In this document: one piece after another, positions 57,204 to 64,000 of the stretch | Position numbering within the stretch: the first letter of the stretch is position 1 | Layout of the letters: each line of letters starts with the position of its first letter | Source: Gemmatimonadota bacterium | GTDB lineage: Bacteria; Gemmatimonadota; Gemmatimonadetes; Gemmatimonadales; GWC2-71-9 | Length of the DNA stretch: 64,000 nucleotides | Assembly (NCBI GenBank): GCA_022563595.1 | Contig: JADFNB010000001.1 | Coordinates: 65,416 to 129,415 of the forward strand | Direction: 5' to 3' | The notes under the pieces: generated by a model | What the model saw: the letters and a program-made list of their open reading frames with translations, nothing else | Told to the model about the DNA's origin: nothing | Databases searched by the model: none | Translations under genes and position numbers: made by a program

Positions 57204-57797
57204 ATGCACCGTACGATGATGGCCGTTGCCGTGGCGGCCTGCCTCGGCGCCGCGGCGCCGATCGCGGCACAGGATCGAGGGACACCGCTCGAGGTCGGCA
57301 CCGTAGCACCCGACTTCGAGATCCCGGGTGCTACACGCTACGGGGTGCTGCGCGAGCCGATCCGGCTGAGCGATTTCCGCGGGAAGACCGTCGTCCTGGC
57401 GTTCTTCTTCCGCGCCCGAACGCGTGGCTGAACGATCCAAATGCATGCGTACCGTGATCAGTACGCACAGATGTTCCGCAACGGTCGCGATATCGTCCTG
57501 ATCGCGATTAGCACCGATTCACCGGAAGCGCTGTTCGAGTGGGCGCGGGACGACGAGTTCCCGTACCTGTTCGCCAGTGATGAGGAGTCGCTTGCAGGCA
57601 AGCTATACGGAGCGTGGCAGACAACGCGGTCCGGGCCGATCGACAACCGGACGGTCTTCGTGGTGAACCCGGACGGCGTGATCGAGTGGGTGGCGGCTCC
57701 GTTCCGCGAGATCGATCCCACGGCCTACGAGGAACTCGGCGCCGCAATCCAGCGAAGCGCGCCGCCGCTCGAGCAAGACGAAACGAGGGAGCAATAG
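57204..57797 (+). CDS. Peroxiredoxin-like (AhpC/TSA, Bcp-type) candidate selenoprotein; in-frame TGA at 57429-57431 at the peroxidatic Cys position
   Basis: ATG at 57204 is preceded by GAAAGGGG. A signal/lipobox-like N-terminus (MMAVAVAACLGAAAPIAAQ) is present. APDFEIPG...LSDFRGKTVVLAFFFRARTRG-TGA-TIQMHAYRDQYAQMF...IAISTDS...NRTVFVVNPDGVIEWV reads through in one frame, joining track ORFs 56706..57431 and 57441..57797. T-x-x-[TGA] aligns with the Prx T-x-x-C motif. Confidence 0.65.
57446..57467 (+). promoter_or_regulatory. Candidate bacterial SECIS-like hairpin
   Basis: TGCGTAC-CGTGATCA-GTACGCA: a perfect 7-bp stem and an 8-nt loop containing GU, starting 15 nt after the TGA at 57429-57431. 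Confidence 0.45.
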
Positions 57798-57802
57798 GGG
57801 GT

Positions 57803-58357
57803 TCAGGGCGCCTGCGGGAACAGGCTGCGGAGTGCCCCACGCACGTCCTGTGACGGTCCGACCCCCGTGTACGTCACAGTCCCGGACGCGTCGAGGATGA
57901 CGATGTAGGAGGTCGTGGGGGCCTTGAAGGCGCGCGTCGCCCGCCCGCGCGTGTCCCAAACGACCGGGTATGGCACGGGATGCCGCGTGAGATGCCGGCG
58001 GATCGACCGCTTGGATTGGGCCACGGCGACGGCAACGGCGACAAAGGCCACCCGCTCGCCGAACTCCGCGTACGCCGCCTCCATCTCCGGGAGCAGCGCC
58101 GCGCAGTTCTCGCACCATGTGGCCCAGAACTCGAGCAGCATGGGTGTCGAGCCGACCAACTCCGCGAGATCGTAGGCGTCCCCGCTGAGGTCCTCGATGA
58201 CCACCGGCTCGGGACGGGCGCCGACGGGTAGGCCGACCACGTCCTCGCCGCCCTGCGCGAGCGCCGGGGTCACCATCACCGGCAGCAGCAATAACGGGAT
58301 GAGTGCCCCCAGCGTCATAAGAACCTCCGCGTTTCCAGTAAACGTCCGCGGCCTCAT
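57803..58357 (-). CDS. TlpA/ResA-like periplasmic thioredoxin (thiol:disulfide oxidoreductase)
   Basis: C-terminal 184 codons of the track ORF, from ATG 58355-58357 (ATGA overlap with the ccdA stop). Signal peptide LIPLLLLPVMVTPALAQ and active site LLEFWATWCENC (CxxC). Confidence 0.85.
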   Translation of the reverse strand: MRPRTFTGNAEVLMTLGALIPLLLLPVMVTPALAQGGEDVVGLPVGARPEPVVIEDLSGDAYDLAELVGSTPMLLEFWATWCENCAALLPEMEAAYAEFGERVAFVAVAVAVAQSKRSIRRHLTRHPVPYPVVWDTRGRATRAFKAPTTSYIVILDASGTVTYTGVGPSQDVRGALRSLFPQAP

Positions 58358-59076
58358 AGGCTCATACCCGCCGCAATGAAGTAGTACTGGGCCACACCGA
58401 GCAGAACAACTCCACCCGCCCTCTTGATCCACACCATCCATGTCCCGGCCTTTGGCAGCGCCGCCAAGGTGCCGGACGACAGCCCCACGACCACCAGGAG
58501 TGCTGTCATGCCAAGCGAGAAGACGAACAGGTAGACGAACCCCATGACGGCACTCTGCGTGGCGGCCACCCAGGTAAGGACGACCGCGAACGCCGGCGCG
58601 CCACACGGGGCGGCAACGATCCCCGATGTCGCGCCGAGCAAGAAAACCGCGGGATAGGATCCGCCGGAGAGCGACCCGACCCACCTGACGAGGCGTTCTG
58701 GCGCGGACACCGGGAACACGTCGAGCATCGCCAGCCCGAAGACGAGTATCAGGTTCCCTGCGGCGACCCGCACCCAGGGGTTTGCCGAGATCGTCCCGAA
58801 GAGCGTCCCGGTGAGCCCGGCGATCATGCCGAGCAGCGCGTAGAACAGCGCCAGGCCCGTCACGTACGTCAGTGTGAGGAGCACAGTACGGCGTCGCGAC
58901 GCCGCGCCGGCACCCGCACCGGCGAGAATGCCGGCGGTGATGGGAATCATCGGGTAGATGCACGGCGTCAGGCTGGTCACGAGACCCGCGCCGAACAGCA
59001 CGACAAGGGCGGCTAGCGGCGCGTTCTGGAGGCTCTCGGAGAGGCCTTGTACCGGTGCGAGGGCGAGGTCGAGCAT
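58354..59076 (-). CDS. ccdA: Cytochrome c biogenesis/thiol-reductant transporter CcdA (DsbD-family transmembrane domain)
   Basis: Six TM helices. Conserved Cys-Pro motifs LTPCIYPMIP and VAAPCGAP. Confidence 0.88.
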   Translation of the reverse strand: MLDLALAPVQGLSESLQNAPLAALVVLFGAGLVTSLTPCIYPMIPITAGILAGAGAGAASRRRTVLLTLTYVTGLALFYALLGMIAGLTGTLFGTISANPWVRVAAGNLILVFGLAMLDVFPVSAPERLVRWVGSLSGGSYPAVFLLGATSGIVAAPCGAPAFAVVLTWVAATQSAVMGFVYLFVFSLGMTALLVVVGLSSGTLAALPKAGTWMVWIKRAGGVVLLGVAQYYFIAAGMSL

Positions 59077-59129
59077 GTCCCAAGGTAGCTCTGGTTCGGG
59101 CGTTGCGGAGCCGGTGTCAGCGCGGTGCG

Positions 59130-59633
59130 TCAGGCACGGTAGTTCCCGAAGTTCAACTCGACGCCGTAGTCCTGTTCCTTCAGAAACGCGATGACCGCCT
59201 GAAGCGTGTCACGCGACGGACTGGTGACCCGTACCTCATCCCCCTGAATCGCCGCCTGGGTTTTCTTCCACCCTTGCGCCCTGATGTCCCGCACGATCGC
59301 CCGTGCGGTGTCTGCCGGGAGACCCTGCATGAGAGCGACGTTCCGCCGCACGCGCCCCCCGGCCGCGGGCTCGTCCTCACCTGCCGTGACGTTGTCGAGC
59401 GGCACCTTGCGGCGCACGAGCTTGCTCTGGATCACGTCCCAGAGAGCGTTCATGCGGAACTCGTCGTCGGCCTCGAGCGTGATGGACGCCTTGGACCGGT
59501 CGAACTCGATCACGCAGTTGCTACCCTTGAAGTCGTAGCGTTGCCGGATCTCTTTCCGCGCCTGGTTGAGCGCGTTGTCTACCTCCTGGAGATCGGCTCC
59601 TGTCGAGACGTCGAACGATGCCTGTGCTGCCAT
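59130..59633 (-). CDS. yajQ: YajQ-family nucleotide-binding protein (UPF0234)
   Basis: ASFDVSTGADLQEVDNALNQARKEIRQRYDFKGS is a typical YajQ N-terminus. Length is 167 aa. Confidence 0.9.
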   Translation of the reverse strand: MAAQASFDVSTGADLQEVDNALNQARKEIRQRYDFKGSNCVIEFDRSKASITLEADDEFRMNALWDVIQSKLVRRKVPLDNVTAGEDEPAAGGRVRRNVALMQGLPADTARAIVRDIRAQGWKKTQAAIQGDEVRVTSPSRDTLQAVIAFLKEQDYGVELNFGNYRA

Positions 59634-59665
59634 GGGGCGATCCTGTAGGGGATGGTTTCAATGTC

Positions 59666-59701
59666 AAGGATGGAAAGGATGGTAGGAATGGTAAGGGGAT
59701 G
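59666..59701. repeat. Four degenerate tandem 9-mers (AAGGATGGA AAGGATGGT AGGAATGGT AAGGGGATG)
   Basis: Read directly from the sequence in the yajQ upstream intergenic region. A fifth related copy, AGGGGATGG, lies at 59647-59655. Confidence 0.6.
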
Positions 59702-59829
59702 CCACGTCGAAGCCCACCTGCCGCAGAACCCGCTGCAGCTCGGCGCGTACCTCCCTACACTGTCTTTCCGGCCGAGGATCATTGCGAGCAGCGCGCTCCC
59801 GCGGGGAACGCCCCGACCCTACTGCACCA

Positions 59830-60486
59830 CTACGCCCCAGGAATGACGTAATAGAGGATCGCGAAAAAGTGGAACGCGCTGCCCGCCAGGACGAAGAGAT
59901 GCCAGATCGCGTGACTGTAGGGCAGCCGCCTCGACGCGTAGAACCCGATTCCAGCGGTATACGCCACTCCCCCGGCCGCCAATAGCAGCAGCCCGCCCGG
60001 CTCAACGGTCGCGAACATCGGCCTGGCCGCCACCACCCCCACCCATCCCATGGCGACGTACAGCGCTACCCGCGCGACCACCCACCGGCGGGCGACGGTG
60101 ACCTGAGAAACTATCCCAAGGACCGCAAGGCCCCAGATCACGCCGAAGAGAGACCAGCCCCAGGGACCGCGCAGGCTGACCAGGGTGAACGGGGTGTAGC
60201 TCCCCGCGATCAGGAGATAGATGGCCGCGTGGTCGAGAGTCCTCAGTACGCGCTTCGCACGGGGACTCGGGATGCTGTGATACAGGGTCGAAGCCCCGTA
60301 CAACAGGACCAGCGTCACACCGAACACGCTGGCACCTACTATGTGCCAGGCATCTCCACGAAGGCTCGCGAACGTGGTGAGTACGGCTAGCCCGCCTACC
60401 GCCAGGAGAGCGCCGACACCATGGATGACGCTGTTGGCGATCTCTTCACCGCGATTGTACCGGGCCGCGTTGGCTGTAACTGTCAT
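59830..60486 (-). CDS. Hemolysin III / PAQR-family membrane protein
   Basis: Seven TM helices with EEIANSVIHG, STLYH and HAIWHLFVLAGSAFHF, the PAQR/HlyIII motifs. Confidence 0.9.
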   Translation of the reverse strand: MTVTANAARYNRGEEIANSVIHGVGALLAVGGLAVLTTFASLRGDAWHIVGASVFGVTLVLLYGASTLYHSIPSPRAKRVLRTLDHAAIYLLIAGSYTPFTLVSLRGPWGWSLFGVIWGLAVLGIVSQVTVARRWVVARVALYVAMGWVGVVAARPMFATVEPGGLLLLAAGGVAYTAGIGFYASRRLPYSHAIWHLFVLAGSAFHFFAILYYVIPGA

Positions 60487-61042
60487 TACACGAACTCTAA
60501 CCCAGTTCGTCGCTCACCGCCGGCATCCGGGGTTCCACTGACCGCACAAACCGCGTTCCGCAGTGTAGTGGGAACCGCAGAACAGTGGTTATCCGTTAAC
60601 TTAATTCGAGAGGATCCCGGCGGGCGCTGACCAAGAGCGCTGCGATCGAACTGAGTCTCGCCGCGCTGGTCCTGGGAATCACGTCGGTCTTGGTGGCACT
60701 GCCGTTGGAACCCTGAGCCACACCCCATGAAGGTTTTGGCCACGGCGCGGCACGGAAGTTGTACTTTGTCCACGATGCCCGAGCCCGCATCGCTTCGGGG
60801 AGTCTTCGCGACCGGAGACAGTCCCAGCCGCCCAACCTTCCGAGTGATGCGGGCTTAGGGCGCCACAGCTCACCTCTACCCGCCCGCGCCCAGCTTAGGA
60901 AGCGGCCATTCTTGTCGAAAGATGGCACCAGGTGTTGGGCCCACTCTACGTGGCCTGAGTTTGCCACGCGATCGCCTATACTTTATACTACAAAGTACTT
61001 GGCAAAATAGCATGACACCAATACCCCAACCGGGGAGGAAGC

Positions 61043-61483
61043 GTGCTGCACGCGGCGACGCAGCGTTTGACGAGAACCGGGATCGTGTACCTCGTGCTGC
61101 TGGCCGCCGTGATGATCGCGGCGACCGCCGGGCTCTTCCCGGGCACAGGGGAGGTAGGACCAAGCGAGCGGGTGCTCGGACATCCCTACCGCATCTCAAT
61201 GGGGATTGCGACCCTGGTGCTCGCTGTATATCTCGGCGCGTGGTCCGCCGTGCTGGGCCGCATGCGAGGGAGGTGGCTGGTCGGCCTCGCGAGTCTGATC
61301 GCCGGGGGTGCGGTCACTGGCATCGTGTTAGGCTTCGCGCCTTACGTGCTCTATCCGGGCGACCAGTACCCGGTCACGTTCATGTGGCTGTTGGGGGGCG
61401 CGCCCGCGGGGTTCGCCACTTGGCTCGCCTGCACGCTGGGTCCACGTCCTACCTCTGGACGCCATACCACCGTCGCCGTATGA
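61043..61483 (+). CDS. Hypothetical four-TM membrane protein
   Basis: 146-aa ORF (alternative start codon) with four hydrophobic helices. No family assigned. Confidence 0.45.
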   Translation: MLHAATQRLTRTGIVYLVLLAAVMIAATAGLFPGTGEVGPSERVLGHPYRISMGIATLVLAVYLGAWSAVLGRMRGRWLVGLASLIAGGAVTGIVLGFAPYVLYPGDQYPVTFMWLLGGAPAGFATWLACTLGPRPTSGRHTTVAV

Positions 61484-61579
61484 CACCGGCGGTTGGCGGG
61501 AAGCTGGTAAGCGGGTAGCGGGTAGCGGGCCGTCAGGATCGTGGCAGGGAGGGGCAGAGGGGCACGCGCCTGGGAGTGG

Positions 61580-62359
61580 CTAGGAAGCGCCGCCGGACCG
61601 GCGGCGCCGGCTCTCCAGATACTGCGCGGTGAAAGGGACGGCTCCGTCCAGCTCTCGCGCCATCATTTCCCGCATCTCGGCGATGTCCAGTTCCGCTCCG
61701 TCCGCGGCGGGCGTTTCTGGGAACCGCTCGCACAGCGTGATCAGCTCGGGAAGCGCTTTCCGCGGAGTGCCCAGCTTGTTGGTATACAGGTCGATGATCT
61801 CCTGAATGACGAGCAGTTCCTGGCCGCTCGAGAGCCGGGCGTCGGTGCGGGCGCGCCGGAACCAAGTGAGGGCGTCGTCGTACTGGTGCAGTTTGTCCCG
61901 ATAGAGCCGTGCGAGCTGGAGATAGGGCTCGGGATCCCCGTCCGATTCGAGGGCCGCGATCTCGAACGCTTCCGCGGCCTCGCCGTACTTGCCCTGGACC
62001 AGCAGCGCCAGCTCCCGCGAGTACTCGTTCTTGTGCGGGGTCGACTTGCCAGAGGGATTGTGAATCGTGCCCGCGGCGGCGGCCGCGGCCATGGTCATGC
62101 GCAGCGAGATGAAATACACGCCGAGCATAGTGAAGACCGAAAAACCAATTGCCCACGCAAGCGGGTTGCCACCTCTCACCATAGACACAGCGAATCCCCA
62201 GAGCGGCCCGGCAACCATCCCGATGCTAACGGCATGGACGCCAGCCCTGATGCGGATCGCCCTGGCGGCAAGGTCCACGTCCCGCCCGTACTGGCGCTCC
62301 TGGTAGACCCGTCTGGTTGGTTGAACTGTCGGTGGCTGCTCGGACTCCGCGTCGCTCAT
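61580..62359 (-). CDS. Hypothetical membrane protein with a C-terminal TPR-like helical domain
   Basis: Two TM helices (HAVSIGMVAGPLWGFAV, AIGFSVFTMLGVYFISL), then GKYGEAAEAFEIAALESD..PYLQLARLYRDKL. Confidence 0.5.
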   Translation of the reverse strand: MSDAESEQPPTVQPTRRVYQERQYGRDVDLAARAIRIRAGVHAVSIGMVAGPLWGFAVSMVRGGNPLAWAIGFSVFTMLGVYFISLRMTMAAAAAAGTIHNPSGKSTPHKNEYSRELALLVQGKYGEAAEAFEIAALESDGDPEPYLQLARLYRDKLHQYDDALTWFRRARTDARLSSGQELLVIQEIIDLYTNKLGTPRKALPELITLCERFPETPAADGAELDIAEMREMMARELDGAVPFTAQYLESRRRRSGGAS

Positions 62360-62445
62360 CGTGTACCTCCAGGGAGGCAGCCTAAGTTACCGGTGGCCGA
62401 CGGCACGGGCCAGGGAGGGATGTGCATCGGGAAGGATGCGGGACT

Positions 62446-63999
62446 CTATTTAACGGGCAGGATGCCCCCCCGCTCGATCCGGCGGACCAGCTCGTTCGGC
62501 CCCAGGATCAAGATCTCGTCCCCGTTCCGGAACACGTAGTCGGCGGCGGGACTGGTCAACCGATCCTCCCCCGCCTCCCCGGTCTGCTTCACCATCAGGA
62601 CGCTCACGCCGAAGCGCTGCCGCACGCGCAGATCGCTAAGAGAGTGGCCCACGAAGTCCCGCGGCACCGGGACCTGCGCCATCACCGTGTCCGCCGACGC
62701 AGGCACAGGCTCGATCCTTCCCTCCCCCGCAACGGTGGACGCCATGCCACCGACCATGTCCCGTTTGAAGACCTCGGTGTTGTAGCGCTCGATCACGTCC
62801 TCAGGCCAGATGACACCGGCAACCTGTCCGTCCCTTAGCACCGGAATCTCACCGCGATAGCCACCTAGCAGACGCATCACGTCGGCCAGTGATTGCTCCG
62901 GCGTGACCCGCGGGAACCCCCCGGCTACCATCACGTCCTCCGCGATCACCAGGCCCTCGAGCGACGCCGGGTCGCGCATGATGGGGCGGATCTGTTCGAC
63001 CGTGATGATGCCGAGCAGCGTGTTCTCCTCGTCGGCCACGAAGACCGTGCTCCCCGGATGGTCGATGAACTTGGTGAGCACATCCACCAGTCCATCCTCG
63101 GGCGGTACGGTCACGGGGTCCGGCCGCATGATCTCCCTGACACGCACGTGCTGGAGCACGTTCACCGCCCGTCCGCGATGGATGTCGACGCCGCGACGCA
63201 GGAGCTTGAGCGTGTAGATCGACGCGCGTTGCAACCGGGTAGCGACCAGCGTGGCGATGATGCAGCTGATCATCAACGGGAGAATGATCTCGTAGTCGTT
63301 CGTCAGCTCGAAGATGATGAGGATCGCCGTGATCGGTGCGTGCGTGCCGGCCGCCACGACGGCGCCCATGCCAACGAGCGCATACGCCCCGACGCCTGCC
63401 GTGCTAACCGGCCAGATCGTGTGGACCACGGTCCCCACCGCGCCACCCAGCATCGCGCCGATGAAGAGCGAGGGAGCGAAGATCCCGCCCGATCCTCCCG
63501 ACCCGATCGTGATGGCGACGGCTAGGATCTTGACCCCGACGAGCAGCAGCATGAACTGCCATACCAGGGTCCCGTTCAACGCCTCGTTGATAGCCTCGTA
63601 TCCCACGCCGAAGACGTGGGGCACCCAGATTCCGATCGCCCCGATCAGCAGCCCGCCGAACACCGTCTTGAGCGGCGGAAAGACGCGCACCTTGTCGAAT
63701 GCATCCTCCAGTGCGTAGAGCGTCCGGATGAACACCAGGGCGGCGAGCCCGGCGAGAATACCCAGGCCGGCGTAGGCGAACAGCTCCGAGGCGTGAACGA
63801 GGCTGTAGCTGGGGACCTCGAACGCCGGGAAATCTCCGAGGAACCGATGGCTCACGACCGTAGCCGCCACCGACGAGATGACGATCGGCGAGAAGTGGGC
63901 CACACCGAAATCGCCGAGGATGATCTCGACTGCGAACAGGGCTCCCGCTATCGGCGCATTGAACGTGGCGGCGATACCGGCGGCGGCGCCGCAGCCCAC
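62446..63999 (-). CDS. ClC-family chloride channel/antiporter with CBS pair and TrkA_C (RCK C-terminal) domain; N-terminus lies beyond the right window edge
   Basis: GSGGIFAPSLFIGAMLGG (GxFxP) and ClC TM helices. Two CBS-like units follow (VREIMRPDPVTV..., AEDVMVAGGFPRVTP...). A TrkA_C-like end is present (GHSLSDLRVRQRFGVSVLMVK...GDEILILG). The track start at 63999 is a window-edge artefact. Confidence 0.9.
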   Translation of the reverse strand: MGCGAAAGIAATFNAPIAGALFAVEIILGDFGVAHFSPIVISSVAATVVSHRFLGDFPAFEVPSYSLVHASELFAYAGLGILAGLAALVFIRTLYALEDAFDKVRVFPPLKTVFGGLLIGAIGIWVPHVFGVGYEAINEALNGTLVWQFMLLLVGVKILAVAITIGSGGSGGIFAPSLFIGAMLGGAVGTVVHTIWPVSTAGVGAYALVGMGAVVAAGTHAPITAILIIFELTNDYEIILPLMISCIIATLVATRLQRASIYTLKLLRRGVDIHRGRAVNVLQHVRVREIMRPDPVTVPPEDGLVDVLTKFIDHPGSTVFVADEENTLLGIITVEQIRPIMRDPASLEGLVIAEDVMVAGGFPRVTPEQSLADVMRLLGGYRGEIPVLRDGQVAGVIWPEDVIERYNTEVFKRDMVGGMASTVAGEGRIEPVPASADTVMAQVPVPRDFVGHSLSDLRVRQRFGVSVLMVKQTGEAGEDRLTSPAADYVFRNGDEILILGPNELVRRIERGGILPVK

Positions 64000-64000
64000 C

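Noticed and set aside
57441-57797. Stand-alone 118-aa ORF starting at ATG 57441.
   Set aside because: It would be a peroxiredoxin fold lacking its N-terminal beta-strands and active site. It is in frame with the upstream half across a single TGA, so it is better explained as one gene (Sec read-through or a nonsense pseudogene).
59666-59701. Tandem 9-mers considered as a CRISPR array or minisatellite.
   Set aside because: The units are far too short, are contiguous without spacers and there are only 4-5 copies. This is not a CRISPR array.
60487-61042. RNase P RNA, tmRNA or SRP RNA in the long spacer.
   Set aside because: I looked on both strands for GAGGAAAGUCC (the P4 region), a tRNA-like GGUUCGAxUCC...CCA 3' end with a tag ORF, and the SRP GGAA/AGCA motif. 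None were found. The region is kept only as an unclassified candidate.
1-64000. Mobile elements, prophage, toxin-antitoxin or known defence systems.
   Set aside because: Scanning all track ORFs and the gaps showed no transposase, integrase, recombinase, restriction-modification or Cas-like motifs. I also saw no obvious inverted terminal repeats.

Overview
Visibly GC-rich bacterial chromosomal segment (GC judged by eye, not computed). It is almost fully coding, and every gene from 483 to 52835 lies on the minus strand. Phylum cannot be assigned from sequence alone.

Content from left to right:
- recG (partial), ftsY, and a complete dcw cell-wall/division cluster (rsmH-ftsL-ftsI-murE-murF-mraY-murD-ftsW-murG-murC-ftsQ-ftsA-ftsZ plus an M23 peptidase).
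- tRNA-Asp and tRNA-Val flanking a secreted TPR protein.
- A tightly packed operon of about 13 kb (22.6-35.7 kb) built around an MglA Ras-like GTPase and MglB.
- A Firmicute-like yggS-divIVA-pnp-ileS-dksA-lspA-rluD block.
- A DUF2723 membrane protein, then cdaA-folP-ftsH-hpt-tilS.
- A mixed-strand region of small, redox and membrane genes, ending in a partial ClC channel.

Main candidate for a novel system: the MglA operon. It combines mglB-mglA with two further Roadblock/LC7 proteins (one fused to TPRs), two PATAN(DUF4388)-TPR proteins carrying tandem MshEN-like motifs, an 892-aa TPR protein, and a protein made of two DnaA-type AAA+ modules with no DNA-binding domain. An intact CheY is also present. 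The operon is bracketed by decayed chemotaxis genes: cheW with an in-frame amber codon, a half CheC, and a CheR fragment joined to a frameshifted CheB tail. No CheA or MCP is present.

Second notable item: a peroxiredoxin-like gene (57204-57797) whose catalytic Cys position is an in-frame TGA followed by a hairpin, i.e. a candidate selenoprotein. It sits next to ccdA and a TlpA-like thioredoxin.

I saw no transposases, integrases, CRISPR arrays or recognisable defence genes.
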